From an uncultured virus (IMG/VR IMGVR_UViG_3300046529_000479) (lineage: Duplodnaviria > Heunggongvirae > Uroviricota > Caudoviricetes), in the IMG/VR virus record IMGVR_UViG_3300046529_000479: a stretch of 64,000 nucleotides of DNA, one strand, 5' to 3'. Made by a program: the position numbers and the translations under genes. The notes under the pieces were generated by a model. That model made no database searches and was not told the origin of the DNA. It saw nothing but the letters and a program-made list of their open reading frames with translations. Below, piece after piece: positions 19,060 through 29,614 of the stretch (positions are counted from its first letter, which is position 1; each line of letters opens with the position of its first letter).

Positions 19060-20540
19060 TAGTCCACCGTCACCACGATCGAGCCAGCAGTCGGGAGGGC
19101 CACGTCGCCAGGCATAGCGATGTCTACGACGTTGGGCGATCCGTTATGGAGCGCCGTCGTTAGGTTGACGATGTAGTTGACACCGATCACGTTGTTGACG
19201 ACCTGGGCAACTTCCAGGAAGCGTAGGTGCGTATCGTTCAGCCACTCGGTGCTGTCGTTCAGGGGCACACCCCACTTGGATGGATCGAGATAACTCTGAA
19301 GAGCAGCGACAACAGCAGCCTGTAGCGCCACCTTGTCGGTGCCAGGATTCGCTACCACTTCGACCTGGACATCAAATTCCTGATACTTCGGATCCACCAC
19401 CGGGACTACGAAATTGACTTCACGCAGGCTGTCGAGATAGCTCGCTAGTGTCGTCCTGACGTTACCGGCGACTGGCTGCCCGAACTCGTCCACCGGGAAT
19501 ACAGACACATACCGCTCGACGTTGTACGCAGTCGCAACTCCAGCAGTCACCGTGGTCACTGTGGCAGTGTGAGTCGTTCCACCCGTCAGCAGCGTCCCGT
19601 TCGATGTCATCTGGGCAACGTTGGTTCCGGCTAGTGTGCCGATGAATGTGACGCTGTATGGTGTCGTCGCGCCTGCGTTCCCAGGCCCACCCGTTACCGC
19701 CACGTTGTTGGGGCCGATGCTGGATAGCGCCGCTAGTGCTGCCTGAAGAGCAGCCGCTGTGACGTTGAAGGCTAGCGCCGCTGTCGTCTGCCCGCCGAAG
19801 GTGAGTGTGAAAGTCCCTGCGGTAGCGTCTACAGCAACACGCTGGACTTCGTTAACTGAAGGCACCAGACCGTCGATCGCGACGGCTCGCCAGACACCAG
19901 CGATGTTCTTGGCCATGGCGGCGAAGTCCGGCGCGAGGATCGGACGCGGAGCCATCAACTGGAGCTGCTCAACTAGGTGGTCAAGGTATTCGTCGTCAGT
20001 CTGTCCATCCTGGCCGCCCATCGTCTGTCCCTCGACGGTCACACTAGCTACGAACGCGAGGATGTCCAGAAGCTCAGCATCGCCGGTGAGCCCGGAGCTA
20101 GCAGCGCCCTCGAAGACGGCCGTGATACCTACGGCAGCAGTGTCAGTGACGGTGTTGCCCGGAGCTACGATGTAGTCAACGTTGGTCTCGAATGGGTAGT
20201 AGTTGCCTGAGGCATCACGTATCTGGATCTGGGTTCCGGCAGGGATCGTGTAGCCAAGATCGTCAATCATCGTCCAGGTCGTGTAGCCGGTCGCGTTGCT
20301 CGCCTCGACAGGGACGATCCCCATCAAAGTCTGACCGAAGTATTTGAAGATGGCCGTAGGTACGAGGCTGGTGATGTCTCGGAGCTGCCCGATCATCCGG
20401 GCCATGCACTCGATCAACCAGACTTCAAAGTTGCCCTCGGCAGGGATCCAGCCAGGATACTCCGTTTGGAGGAAGTCGAAGCTGTCCTGCGCCAGGATCT
20501 GCGGGTCAGTCTCGATAGGCGGGCTGAGATAACTAGGCAC
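19059..20540 (-). CDS. baseplate J-like protein
   Basis: IPAGTQ, GG.DG.TDDEY, downstream of gp25-like gene; likely GTG start 20540. Confidence 0.8.
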   Translation of the reverse strand: MPSYLSPPIETDPQILAQDSFDFLQTEYPGWIPAEGNFEVWLIECMARMIGQLRDITSLVPTAIFKYFGQTLMGIVPVEASNATGYTTWTMIDDLGYTIPAGTQIQIRDASGNYYPFETNVDYIVAPGNTVTDTAAVGITAVFEGAASSGLTGDAELLDILAFVASVTVEGQTMGGQDGQTDDEYLDHLVEQLQLMAPRPILAPDFAAMAKNIAGVWRAVAIDGLVPSVNEVQRVAVDATAGTFTLTFGGQTTAALAFNVTAAALQAALAALSSIGPNNVAVTGGPGNAGATTPYSVTFIGTLAGTNVAQMTSNGTLLTGGTTHTATVTTVTAGVATAYNVERYVSVFPVDEFGQPVAGNVRTTLASYLDSLREVNFVVPVVDPKYQEFDVQVEVVANPGTDKVALQAAVVAALQSYLDPSKWGVPLNDSTEWLNDTHLRFLEVAQVVNNVIGVNYIVNLTTALHNGSPNVVDIAMPGDVALPTAGSIVVTVD

Positions 20541-20886
20541 TGGAGCCTCCAGTCTGGATTCTAGCGACTCTCGCCTTGACGATGTCATCCAGCAATGTGA
20601 TCCCGCTCAGGGCCTGCTCGTAGAGAACTTCCGACCGAGGCTCCCAGACGCTCACTTTGTCGGCGATCTCGCCTAGGTCGATCTCGTTCTGCGTGAACGT
20701 CTGGTCGGCGATTCCGAACGCCATCAACTCCGGCCGCCAGTTCTCAGGGCAGCGGATGACCGCTTGTACGCAGTCGTAGACATCATCCAGCGTATCCTGC
20801 TCGTTCACGTCCACACCGCCGACTCCCCAGGCCAGCATCGTGAAGGGAATCGAGATGTGGGGAGTCAGTACGTCCTTACTTCTCAT
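20533..20886 (-). CDS. gp25/GPW-like baseplate protein
   Basis: RP..FG...WEPR motif. Confidence 0.7.
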   Translation of the reverse strand: MRSKDVLTPHISIPFTMLAWGVGGVDVNEQDTLDDVYDCVQAVIRCPENWRPELMAFGIADQTFTQNEIDLGEIADKVSVWEPRSEVLYEQALSGITLLDDIVKARVARIQTGGSSA

Positions 20887-21767
20887 AGATAGTCACTCCA
20901 TGGGAAACCTGTTCCCGGATCGGTGTGGTCGTTGTCAGGAACGTCAATATGCCCGAACCAGCCAGACTGCGCCCAGTTCTGCCCTCGGTTGGCTGGAGCG
21001 CCTCGGTACGTCATCGGGACGCCGACGCTGCCCATCAGCCCTTGCAGAGCAGATTTGATCGGGGTGAGCCAAGAGCGCCACTGACCTGTCGTGTAGTTCG
21101 CTGCTCCGCTCGGCGCGATGATCTCGATCTGACACATGATCTCGAAGTCGTGGGCTGCCGTCGCGTCGGATGAGACACCGACCGGCTCGAACTGAGTGAT
21201 GCGGACTTGTCCGTTGTCCGTCCCGATCGCGAAGTTGGGGAAGTATGCCGACGCCATGAAGTCTATCTGCCCATTGTAGTCGCCGGCACCCTCGGTGTCG
21301 TGGATGACTCCGCGCTGTACCGATGACGTGACTGGGACTCCAGCCCCGCCACCCTCGCCCGATCCCTTCTGGATTCTCTGCTCGACCGGGTGGCCGCCGA
21401 CCGACTTGAGAATCCCACTAGCCGGAGGAGCAGTGCTGGGAGGATACTTGGAGCTGGGGTTCGGAGGGCGCACCGCTGAGCTAGTGTTGTCGGTGAAAGG
21501 CCACCAGCATGGGATCCACATATTGCGTCGGTTGTCGTAGATCGCGAGCGCGAGATCTCCTTGGTGCGGCAGACTCTGCGCGTCGCGGCTCTGCCAGACG
21601 CATGGGCCCCAGACAAGAGTGTCACTGAAGTCAGGAATGAGTACCCACATTGGATCGCTAAAGTCCTGGACATCGACTGCAACTTCAGCGTACCAAGCAC
21701 CACTGAAGTCTATAGTCTCCTGGTTATCAGGCTTCAGTAGCTCGACGAGTTGTTGAGTCTGTGGCAT
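20883..21767 (-). CDS. baseplate spike with C-terminal N-acetylmuramoyl-L-alanine amidase-like domain
   Basis: N-terminal WGPC...LP..GD gpV-like; VIHDTEG, IEI, GHIDVPDNDHTDPG Zn-amidase motifs. Confidence 0.65.
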   Translation of the reverse strand: MPQTQQLVELLKPDNQETIDFSGAWYAEVAVDVQDFSDPMWVLIPDFSDTLVWGPCVWQSRDAQSLPHQGDLALAIYDNRRNMWIPCWWPFTDNTSSAVRPPNPSSKYPPSTAPPASGILKSVGGHPVEQRIQKGSGEGGGAGVPVTSSVQRGVIHDTEGAGDYNGQIDFMASAYFPNFAIGTDNGQVRITQFEPVGVSSDATAAHDFEIMCQIEIIAPSGAANYTTGQWRSWLTPIKSALQGLMGSVGVPMTYRGAPANRGQNWAQSGWFGHIDVPDNDHTDPGTGFPWSDYL

Positions 21768-23983
21768 TAGTCGATGTAGTTCTTGACGGTTGGTCTGGCA
21801 CTGTGATGGAGGATCTGCCAGTCGTTCTCGTCGCCGAAGGTAGTCTGGGATGGCCCTGGCGTGCTTCCACCATGACTAATCATCTTAGTCGCAGTCCCAT
21901 TCCAGTCTTCGATGAAGACAGCCGTGTGCTCGTGATCGCCTCCGACAGCAGGGCCGTTCGACCAGATGACCACGTCGGCCATCTGCGCCTGGCCCTGGGG
22001 GATCGTTCTGCCATTGGGATACATAGTCGCAGTGCTTCCTCCACCCCAGTTGTTCTGGCAGGGATCGTACTTCTCCTTGAGCTTGCTGCCCCAGCAGTAA
22101 CACTGGATGACAAACCCGGAACAGTCCATCCTCTCCGGCCAGAAACCGGGCTTCTTGTTGATGGGATCTGAAGGTGAGCGGTAGTATGGCGGTGGGCCCT
22201 TCGCCCCGCTGACCGCCCAAGCAGCGATCGAGTGACGAATGTCGTCGCCGACGATCGGGCTTGTGGCCGGTGGGACAACCTCGCCACCGGTGGTAGTGCC
22301 AGGCTGGAAGATATTGCTAGTGGTAGTCGGCTCGGGGAACTTCGGCTTGGGCTTGATGCAGGTAACGGTGACTTCATGGCTGAACAAGCTGCGCTCGTAC
22401 GCGCTCACCAGCCAGTCGCCATCCACGATGCCCATGTCTTCGAGCTTGATGACGTTACCAGGATCGACTGGCCATTCCTCGATCCGAGTGTGTATTGTGC
22501 ATGTAGCGTTCATCTTGTTGACATCGTAGTCGAAGTCGATGTAACTAACGCCCTGCTCAAACTCCTTGAAGGTAAAGTCCACCGGCTTGGCAAAGAGCCA
22601 ATCGCCCGGAGCGAACACGAGATAGTCACCCAACATGAAAGCGTACCAGTTGACCTCGCTCGCCATCCGCTGGATACATGTCCAGCTGTTCTCGTTCTCG
22701 AACCGGCGTACGCCCTTCTTTGATCGGGGCGCACCACGATGCCATTGAGAGTTAGTGCCTCCGCTGCTGCCGGCCGTCAGGAAGGTCGGAGGAATATCCG
22801 GCACCTTGCCGAATGGCTGCCCGCCTGCTCCAGCCGTGATGGCCGTACCACTCTTTGGCTGCTGGCTCTTGGGCAGCGTAGTCGTGATGTCGCCTCCCGA
22901 CCAGCCCCAGGCAGTAACAATGCGCTCGGCCTCGATGCGGAACTCGCCACCCCTACCAAAGAAGTCGTATCCGCTCACAACCTGCGTTCGGTTAGCCAGC
23001 TCGTTCACCGAGACATTCGGATACTGCTTGTCTACCGCGTTACACGCCGCGACCGCCCCCTTGTGCGTTCCATCACCGATCGCGTCCGTGCGCACATTGC
23101 CGCTCGCGGGCCAGTAGAACGGATCTTGCTGCCAGACTCCTCGATGCGGGTGTCCGGTCAGAATGCTCACGGGGCTCTGGGAAAACTCCAAATTGCGTAG
23201 AGTGGACTCGTGGATCCCGATCATGATGACGGTGACCGCGACCTTACGCCGGACGTTCATCGAGGAGCAGACATCCATGATCGTGTTGATGATGTCGATC
23301 TGTGCAGAGTTCGCCGGAACACCATCAACGTAGATGGTCTTCTTAGTCGCTGGCTTCACCGAGACGTATGGGTCACGGATGTAAGGTGAGCTAGGCGTCT
23401 GTAGTCCGAGAACAGAGTTGATCAATTTCTGTGGGATATTCTTTCCGGCGCATGGAGCCTCGTAGTTGAGACTCTTGTCGGTAGCGGCTGCTTCCAGAAC
23501 GAGGCGCCAGATGAACTGGCATCGGCTGCCCCAAGTCTTCGGGAGTAGGAGCAGCTTGCCGTACGTGCGCAGGTTGGCGGTGTGGGCATCCTCGAAAGTG
23601 AGATCGAGCTGGTCGCCATTCTTCGATCCCTGCACGAGCGTCCACCAGCGGCTCTGGAGAAAGACCTGCGACTTGTGGCGAATGATGTTCTTGCCTCGTA
23701 GGATCTTCCGGTCGTAGTCGTCCAGCGAGATTGTCACGGTATGCGCGCCGTCGATCGTGAGCTTGATCTTGGCTCCGTCGGCGATCACGCGCTCCCGGAT
23801 GTTCTCGACTTTGTTGCCCTCGACCCAGACCCAAAGATCACCGATGTCCGTCGCCATGCCCCAGCTATCGGCTGGCTTGTTTCCTGCGCCACGATCCACC
23901 GGCGAATTAGGGCTGAGAGGAACAGTCGTCTTGGGAGGCGCTGGCGTAGCACCGCCGCCACCTTTGGGAGGAGAGAAGGCCAT
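21767..23983 (-). CDS. baseplate hub with lysozyme-like and NlpC/P60 domains
   Basis: HES.L.N...GVWQQ lysozyme-like segment; DCSG...EHT NlpC/P60; position after LysM gene. Confidence 0.65.
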   Translation of the reverse strand: MAFSPPKGGGGATPAPPKTTVPLSPNSPVDRGAGNKPADSWGMATDIGDLWVWVEGNKVENIRERVIADGAKIKLTIDGAHTVTISLDDYDRKILRGKNIIRHKSQVFLQSRWWTLVQGSKNGDQLDLTFEDAHTANLRTYGKLLLLPKTWGSRCQFIWRLVLEAAATDKSLNYEAPCAGKNIPQKLINSVLGLQTPSSPYIRDPYVSVKPATKKTIYVDGVPANSAQIDIINTIMDVCSSMNVRRKVAVTVIMIGIHESTLRNLEFSQSPVSILTGHPHRGVWQQDPFYWPASGNVRTDAIGDGTHKGAVAACNAVDKQYPNVSVNELANRTQVVSGYDFFGRGGEFRIEAERIVTAWGWSGGDITTTLPKSQQPKSGTAITAGAGGQPFGKVPDIPPTFLTAGSSGGTNSQWHRGAPRSKKGVRRFENENSWTCIQRMASEVNWYAFMLGDYLVFAPGDWLFAKPVDFTFKEFEQGVSYIDFDYDVNKMNATCTIHTRIEEWPVDPGNVIKLEDMGIVDGDWLVSAYERSLFSHEVTVTCIKPKPKFPEPTTTSNIFQPGTTTGGEVVPPATSPIVGDDIRHSIAAWAVSGAKGPPPYYRSPSDPINKKPGFWPERMDCSGFVIQCYCWGSKLKEKYDPCQNNWGGGSTATMYPNGRTIPQGQAQMADVVIWSNGPAVGGDHEHTAVFIEDWNGTATKMISHGGSTPGPSQTTFGDENDWQILHHSARPTVKNYID

Positions 23984-24711
23984 TAGCTGATCGGCACCTT
24001 GAGCTTCTCTCCACCCTTGAATGGCGTGAATGGGTTAGTTAGATTGTTCAAGTCGGCGATCTCCGTCCATCGCTTGTAGTCGCCAAGCTGCTTCGCTGCG
24101 ATCGAGTTCAGGGTGTCGCCTGCCTTGGCGACGTAGAGAGTCGTGGCCACGGCAGTCGAGGTAGTTGAAGGACTGTAACCGTATGTCGTCCGGCTGTAGC
24201 TGCGCGTGGGCGTGCCCTTCGAGGCGGTGCTCTTGGCTTTGGACGATGCGCGAGTCTTACTAGCCAGAGACTTCACGATGATGTCCTCGGGCACATACTG
24301 CCAGAACATGATGGTCAACTTCTGCCGAACCAGGATGCCCTTCTCGTTCCTGTTGGTATCTCCCCAGGTGATGGTGTCGATAACCCATGTCAGATCTGTA
24401 TGTGGTACGAACCCAGCGAGGGTGACATGTGGAGGAGCGAGTGTCCCGTCGATCGGCAGAGCCATGCTCTCTAGCGTCTTGACTTGACCAGACACATCCT
24501 TGTCGGCAGCGAAGCCATCGAACACAATGCCAATCTGCATCTTGAGCGCGTTCTTCCCCGGCCAATCAACGTAGGCTGTCCGGCGAGCGCGCTGGACTTC
24601 CTGCCAGCCACCATAACCGTCCGTGACCGTTGGCGTCGTGTCATCGAGCAGAGCCGAGACGGAGCCGCTCGCGGATCGGATCGTAATGTACTGTTGCGGA
24701 GACGCCATCAT
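23983..24711 (-). CDS. LysM-domain tail tube initiator
   Basis: YVAKAGDTLNSIA...W..IADLNNL...GEKLKVP LysM. Confidence 0.8.
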   Translation of the reverse strand: MMASPQQYITIRSASGSVSALLDDTTPTVTDGYGGWQEVQRARRTAYVDWPGKNALKMQIGIVFDGFAADKDVSGQVKTLESMALPIDGTLAPPHVTLAGFVPHTDLTWVIDTITWGDTNRNEKGILVRQKLTIMFWQYVPEDIIVKSLASKTRASSKAKSTASKGTPTRSYSRTTYGYSPSTTSTAVATTLYVAKAGDTLNSIAAKQLGDYKRWTEIADLNNLTNPFTPFKGGEKLKVPIS

Positions 24712-26915
24712 GCCCTCGCCATCTGGTCGAGCATCAGCTTGGCTGTCGAGTTAGCGAGAACTCCACTATCGAGCATGACTGGAACGTGAACCGTCAGCTG
24801 TCTCGGGCCACCGCCTGCCTGGAGCTGCTGGGTGCCAGCCGCCGCCGGCATCGGCGCGAGTGGGCGGACATTTGCTCCTCCGGGCAACCAGACCAGTTCC
24901 GGGCCACGCTCGCCCACAACTGCATATCCGTGTTGCTTGGTTACGCCACCCTCAGCCCAGAACCCAGCGAATGGAAGTTTGATCAAGTCAGTCCAACTGA
25001 AGCCCACGTGGCCCTTGCCACCGACTAGAGATCCGAGTCCGAATGGGATCCAGTTTCGAGGATCGAGCGCGCCCTGGGCTTGGCTCTTGATCCAGTTGAA
25101 CAGGTCGGTGAAGATCCCCTTCATCCAGTTGACGGCATCGCTGAGCCCGTTCTTGATTGGATCCCAGAAGTGGTAGAGGATATTGCCGAGCCCTCCAGTG
25201 GCGAAGAACAGAAGCAGATCGAGCCAGTGACTCTTCACGAAATTGACTAGATCGAAGAATGCGGCCTTCAACTTCCCGAAATAGCCGATGATGAGCAGGA
25301 CTGTGCCGACGACTGCCAATGGCCCCAGGAACAGCATGATGAAGCCACCGTAGTGCAGCATGAAGTCTCGGAACGCCTTGGACTTGACCATGAAGTAGGC
25401 GAAGGCAGCGTAGAGAGCGAGCACGGCTAGGATGATGACGACGACCCAGCCACCTGCGATAATCTCGGCGAGAGTCAGTCCTCTGAGAGCAGTGATGAGT
25501 CGCCAGGTCTGCGCCTCCAGATACTTGTACGCCGTATTCCACCTGGTGCCGGCCGTGGTGTTCAGGATCGCCATGCGCCAGCCTACCCTCTCCACCAGGT
25601 TGAGGAAAACAGTAGCGCGTGCGAGTGCGCGCTTGACCAGGATCAATCTGCCCAGGATCCAGTAGTAGGTGCTCAACGCGATGTTCAGCAGGAGCACCGC
25701 TCCCTTATACGTCGTCGTCACGATGTAGGCGTACGTCGTCCAGATGACGTAGCGGACAAGCAGCACGAACACGATCGGGTAGAGAATGACCTTGAGAGGC
25801 AGCAGCGCATGCTGAGTCAACCACAACACGATTACCGCAAGCGCGTAAATAGGTGCGAATGCAGCTACGAAAATGTATCTCATGCTCCACATGACGGGGA
25901 AGACCAGCTTGAGAATATTCCAGAGACTCTTGAACACCATGACAAGGAAATTGATCCCACCAACAAGTCCTCCGCCTGCACCCAGCATACTGTCTAGCTG
26001 CTGGAGCGTCGCGCCAAACCCCTTGGTCTTGGATGTCTCGATTAGCTTCGCCATGGCATCGTTAATGACGCCGAGTCGAGCCAGCATGGAGTTGAACGGC
26101 CCCTGGATCAGTCCGCCGATGAGCATCTGTGTGTAGTCCTTGAGAGTTGTCCAGCGACCAGTCCAGGTCTTGCTGAATCGCTGCATGCCGTCGCCGAAGT
26201 TCTTGTTCATGTAGTTGAGCAAAGCCTGGATACCGATGTCGGACGGGATCTTCAGCTTGCCAGCCATGAACTGCTGAACCTGGAGATCGGTCAAGTGCAG
26301 CTCCTTGCGCAGAGCCGGGAAGACAGGGATGCCGGCGACGACTAGCTGCCTCACCTGGCGCATCATCAAGTATCCGCTCTGGTAGATCTTGCCGAATGTC
26401 GCCGAGACGTTCTCCAGATCAGCTCCGGTCTTGCCGAAATAGGCGAGCGCGTTTGCGCTCGACATGACTACGGCGTTGGTCTGCTTCAAGTTCATCCCGA
26501 ACGCCAGCAGCAGTCGAGCGGACTGTGTCAGGTTCTGGAACAGGAACGGCGAGTGTGCCGCCGTCTGGAACAACAAGTCGAGTTCTTGCTTCGCCAGGCT
26601 CGTCGAATGTAGCAAGCCGCTGAACGCGAGCTGCGAAGACTGCATCATGACGTCGAACTTGAACCCCATATCGAGCAGTCCGATCGCCGTAGCGCCTACC
26701 GCGAGCGAGAATCCGTACAAGACGCGGCGAGCGGTGAAGAGAGTCTGCATGAGCAGGAAGCTCTTTTTCTGAGACGCTCCTACTCCCGCCGCAGTCTTGA
26801 GACTCTGCAGCTCCAGTGCCTTCATCTCTGCGACTTCGGCCGCGAGAGTAGAAACGACCTTATCGCCGCCAACGATGATCTGCTCGATCAACATCTGGTC
26901 AGTAGTACCGGCCAT
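24708..26915 (-). CDS. tape measure protein
   Basis: tape-measure domain (A..SPF...L...A..LLAFG), hydrophobic middle, GERGPE; after tail chaperone. Confidence 0.85.
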   Translation of the reverse strand: MAGTTDQMLIEQIIVGGDKVVSTLAAEVAEMKALELQSLKTAAGVGASQKKSFLLMQTLFTARRVLYGFSLAVGATAIGLLDMGFKFDVMMQSSQLAFSGLLHSTSLAKQELDLLFQTAAHSPFLFQNLTQSARLLLAFGMNLKQTNAVVMSSANALAYFGKTGADLENVSATFGKIYQSGYLMMRQVRQLVVAGIPVFPALRKELHLTDLQVQQFMAGKLKIPSDIGIQALLNYMNKNFGDGMQRFSKTWTGRWTTLKDYTQMLIGGLIQGPFNSMLARLGVINDAMAKLIETSKTKGFGATLQQLDSMLGAGGGLVGGINFLVMVFKSLWNILKLVFPVMWSMRYIFVAAFAPIYALAVIVLWLTQHALLPLKVILYPIVFVLLVRYVIWTTYAYIVTTTYKGAVLLLNIALSTYYWILGRLILVKRALARATVFLNLVERVGWRMAILNTTAGTRWNTAYKYLEAQTWRLITALRGLTLAEIIAGGWVVVIILAVLALYAAFAYFMVKSKAFRDFMLHYGGFIMLFLGPLAVVGTVLLIIGYFGKLKAAFFDLVNFVKSHWLDLLLFFATGGLGNILYHFWDPIKNGLSDAVNWMKGIFTDLFNWIKSQAQGALDPRNWIPFGLGSLVGGKGHVGFSWTDLIKLPFAGFWAEGGVTKQHGYAVVGERGPELVWLPGGANVRPLAPMPAAAGTQQLQAGGGPRQLTVHVPVMLDSGVLANSTAKLMLDQMARA

Positions 26916-26917
26916 GA

Positions 26918-27130
26918 TTACCTCTTGAACAACTTACTCACGTTGGCTGCGATTCGACGTGCGAGATCCTCGTACATGACCTCGCGCTGCATCTCGACTG
27001 CCTTGATAGCGACTTGATACATTATGTTCGTCTCGAAGGCATCTTCGCTGTTGAGCCACCGCAGAGGATCTCCGCCAGCGAGGAGTATGTGTGCGGCTTG
27101 CGTGATCTCGTCGCTGGCACCTATTCCCCC
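26918..27130 (-). CDS. -1 frameshift extension of tail assembly chaperone
   Basis: slippery GGGGGAA (27130-27124) just before TAG; -1 frame open (GIGASDEITQAAHILLAGG...KLFKR) to TAA 26918-26920, 2 nt before the tape measure ATG. Confidence 0.75.
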   Translation of the reverse strand, partial: GGIGASDEITQAAHILLAGGDPLRWLNSEDAFETNIMYQVAIKAVEMQREVMYEDLARRIAANVSKLFKR

Positions 27131-27687
27131 AGGAACCCCTCATCGACATCTTTCGACGTATCCTCGTACCAACGACTCAGTTTCATGCCGTGGGCGAGGA
27201 TGCTCGGCTCTTGGTTGCGAAAGATCCCGAACAAACAGACCCTTGCACTCGGAGCTTCACCCAGTCGGAAGTAATTGGCAGTGCGAGGGTCGGTGTAGGT
27301 GAGAGGATAGCCGGACTCATCCGGGTCAATCGGAGTCAGTCCATCGTCGTCCTCGACGTAGTACAGACCTCGACAGGCAGAGATGAGTACATCGATGAGC
27401 CCGTGTAGCTGACGATCGGCGTTGTCCTTGAACTGCCGCTCGACCTTCTTGCCCATCTGGCTCATCTCTCTCGCCGGCAGGACACTGTACTCTGCTTTCA
27501 GCAGGCCATTGTAACCAGGGACGGTGATGAAGCAAGTGATGCCTTCTGTCTGCTCATCGCGGACAGCGCGCAGCTTGTCCATGATGTTCCGCTGCACGCC
27601 GTCCGAGACAAGTCCGTTCTCTGGCTCCAGCTCTTGCTCCGACTCCACAATGGGCTGGATCCTCGTTTCGTCTTCTGGCATTGGCAT
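27121..27687 (-). CDS. tail assembly chaperone
   Basis: between tube and tape measure; ends at slippery site. Confidence 0.7.
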   Translation of the reverse strand: MPMPEDETRIQPIVESEQELEPENGLVSDGVQRNIMDKLRAVRDEQTEGITCFITVPGYNGLLKAEYSVLPAREMSQMGKKVERQFKDNADRQLHGLIDVLISACRGLYYVEDDDGLTPIDPDESGYPLTYTDPRTANYFRLGEAPSARVCLFGIFRNQEPSILAHGMKLSRWYEDTSKDVDEGFLGE

Positions 27688-27709
27688 GGCGCTCCCTCCC
27701 TGTTCTCGT

Positions 27710-28153
27710 TTAGCCGCCGACGTGCGGGTTGCCCGCCGGTGTCATCTCTAGTTCAAGCAGACCTGGATCGCTGGACTCCGAATCGACCTCAGGCACGGTG
27801 ACTCGCTTGAGGATGCCGTTCCAGACGATCGGCGACCCGTACGGGTTGGCGTCGATGTCCAGAGGCTGCCTCAGAACGCGCATCGTGACCTTGCCAACCC
27901 CGTTCAGGAGTCGCTGCAAGTTGGTGTGATCTCGGTTCAGACGATACAACCGAGACACGACCACGTTGCTGGGGTTGACCTTGCCGCCCAGAGAGATCGG
28001 CTGCACCATGCCGCCGGGGTAATACTTGAACTCGTCTGAGTCCAAATCCCCGCCTGTCATCTTGTCGAACGGCTCCAGCAGCGTGATGCCATCCACGATG
28101 ACGGTGACGACATAGGTGTCCTTCCTGGTCGGCCCGCCTTGCGATGTTGCCAT
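27710..28153 (-). CDS. tail tube protein
   Basis: 147 aa directly after sheath; beta-rich. Confidence 0.7.
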   Translation of the reverse strand: MATSQGGPTRKDTYVVTVIVDGITLLEPFDKMTGGDLDSDEFKYYPGGMVQPISLGGKVNPSNVVVSRLYRLNRDHTNLQRLLNGVGKVTMRVLRQPLDIDANPYGSPIVWNGILKRVTVPEVDSESSDPGLLELEMTPAGNPHVGG

Positions 28154-28165
28154 TTACTTCACCCC

Positions 28166-29614
28166 CTAGACGGCTTCGGTTACGAGCTTCTTGACGATGT
28201 CGATGTGAACCAGTTCTCCGAACGGGCTCATCTTGACGGAGATCACTGCATGGATCTCCAGGTTGGAGATCGTGCTCGGCGTGTTCACCGTGTCGCCGGT
28301 GTCCACGTAGAAGGCAGCGTCTGGTGTGCTGCCGTACAGCGAGCCCTCGTTGAAGTACGTCATCATCATGCCCGAGAGATCGCCGCCGAACTGCTTGAAG
28401 GTGAGACCTTTGCCGTCGATCTGTGCGAACACGTACTGCTCGGCGATGGCGTCCGCATCGGCGACGATCGCCATGAAGAGGCGACTGTTGCTGAACGGCA
28501 CCCAGTTCGGATCGCCGCCAGGATTGACGAGAGAACGGAACCCGTATGCCATGATTCCGTTGAACAGCGCCCGGACGACGTTGACCGACGAGGCGTTGAG
28601 ATCCTGACGGTCGGCGTCGATCCACGGCGGCTGGCTGAGTCCGATCGCGTAGACGCTCTGACCGTTCGCCAGACCAGCTGCTGCGATGTTCGGGCTCATG
28701 CTTGCGTCGTTACGCGAGATGATGCCGGCCTCGATAGCCGACCACGGAACGATGCGGGTAGTGCCGGCGACGATGCCCGGAACGATCGCCCACGGAGCGA
28801 ACAGAGCTGCGTGACGATTCCCTGGCACCGCGCCCTGTAGCGCGGCAGCTGCCGACTTCAGAGTTGCCTTCGATCCCGAGTCGATGGCGTCCACGAGCGC
28901 AACTCGGTTGTTGGCGTCTGCGTGAGCGAGCAGAGCCGTCTGTCCCGCCTGCGTCGTGTGGCCTGGAGCTGCGACCTGGCCTGGCCCCAGACCCTTGTCG
29001 AACAGGGTGTAAGCCGTCGTCCAGTTGTTCTCGACGATGTTCGTGTTGTCGTCCGTTCCGCCGACAAGCGCAGTCGCTGCGACGACGGCTGGATCCAGCG
29101 TGCTGGCCGCGATGTCCGTGATGATGACGTACTCGGACGACTGCGACCAGTTGACGGCATCCGTGCCGGCAAGGAGATCCGGCGAGAGTTCTACAAGCAA
29201 ACCGTTGTAGAACACGTTGACCACGAATGTACCACCAACCGAACCGGCAGTGATCTGGACGGTGATGTTGTTGCCCCAGACTCCAGGGCTGTTCGCCGTG
29301 ACCGTCATCGTATCGGCGTTCGATGCGTCCTTGAAGTTGTGAGTGGCGTTGATCGGAGCAGGCCCGACGACGCGGCTGATGTACGCTCGACTTCCGCCCT
29401 CCCTGAAATAGCAGTCCATCGCATCCCACAGATAGCTGTAGGTCATGCGATCGCCGTAGATGGACTCGAACTCAGACATGCTGCGGAGGAAAGCTGCAGC
29501 ATTGGTCGGCCCTTTTTGTGCTGGGCCAACCGCAAAGAAGACGCCCGTGTCGATTGGAGGAGTCCTTGCGGGCGGCTCTTCCAACAGGGCAATCTCGACT
29601 CCCGGCCTGCTCAT
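28166..29614 (-). CDS. tail sheath protein
   Basis: MSRPGV, GPA.KGP, YF.EGG, SPG.WGN, R.LF, P.ELVHI. Confidence 0.9.
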   Translation of the reverse strand: MSRPGVEIALLEEPPARTPPIDTGVFFAVGPAQKGPTNAAAFLRSMSEFESIYGDRMTYSYLWDAMDCYFREGGSRAYISRVVGPAPINATHNFKDASNADTMTVTANSPGVWGNNITVQITAGSVGGTFVVNVFYNGLLVELSPDLLAGTDAVNWSQSSEYVIITDIAASTLDPAVVAATALVGGTDDNTNIVENNWTTAYTLFDKGLGPGQVAAPGHTTQAGQTALLAHADANNRVALVDAIDSGSKATLKSAAAALQGAVPGNRHAALFAPWAIVPGIVAGTTRIVPWSAIEAGIISRNDASMSPNIAAAGLANGQSVYAIGLSQPPWIDADRQDLNASSVNVVRALFNGIMAYGFRSLVNPGGDPNWVPFSNSRLFMAIVADADAIAEQYVFAQIDGKGLTFKQFGGDLSGMMMTYFNEGSLYGSTPDAAFYVDTGDTVNTPSTISNLEIHAVISVKMSPFGELVHIDIVKKLVTEAV

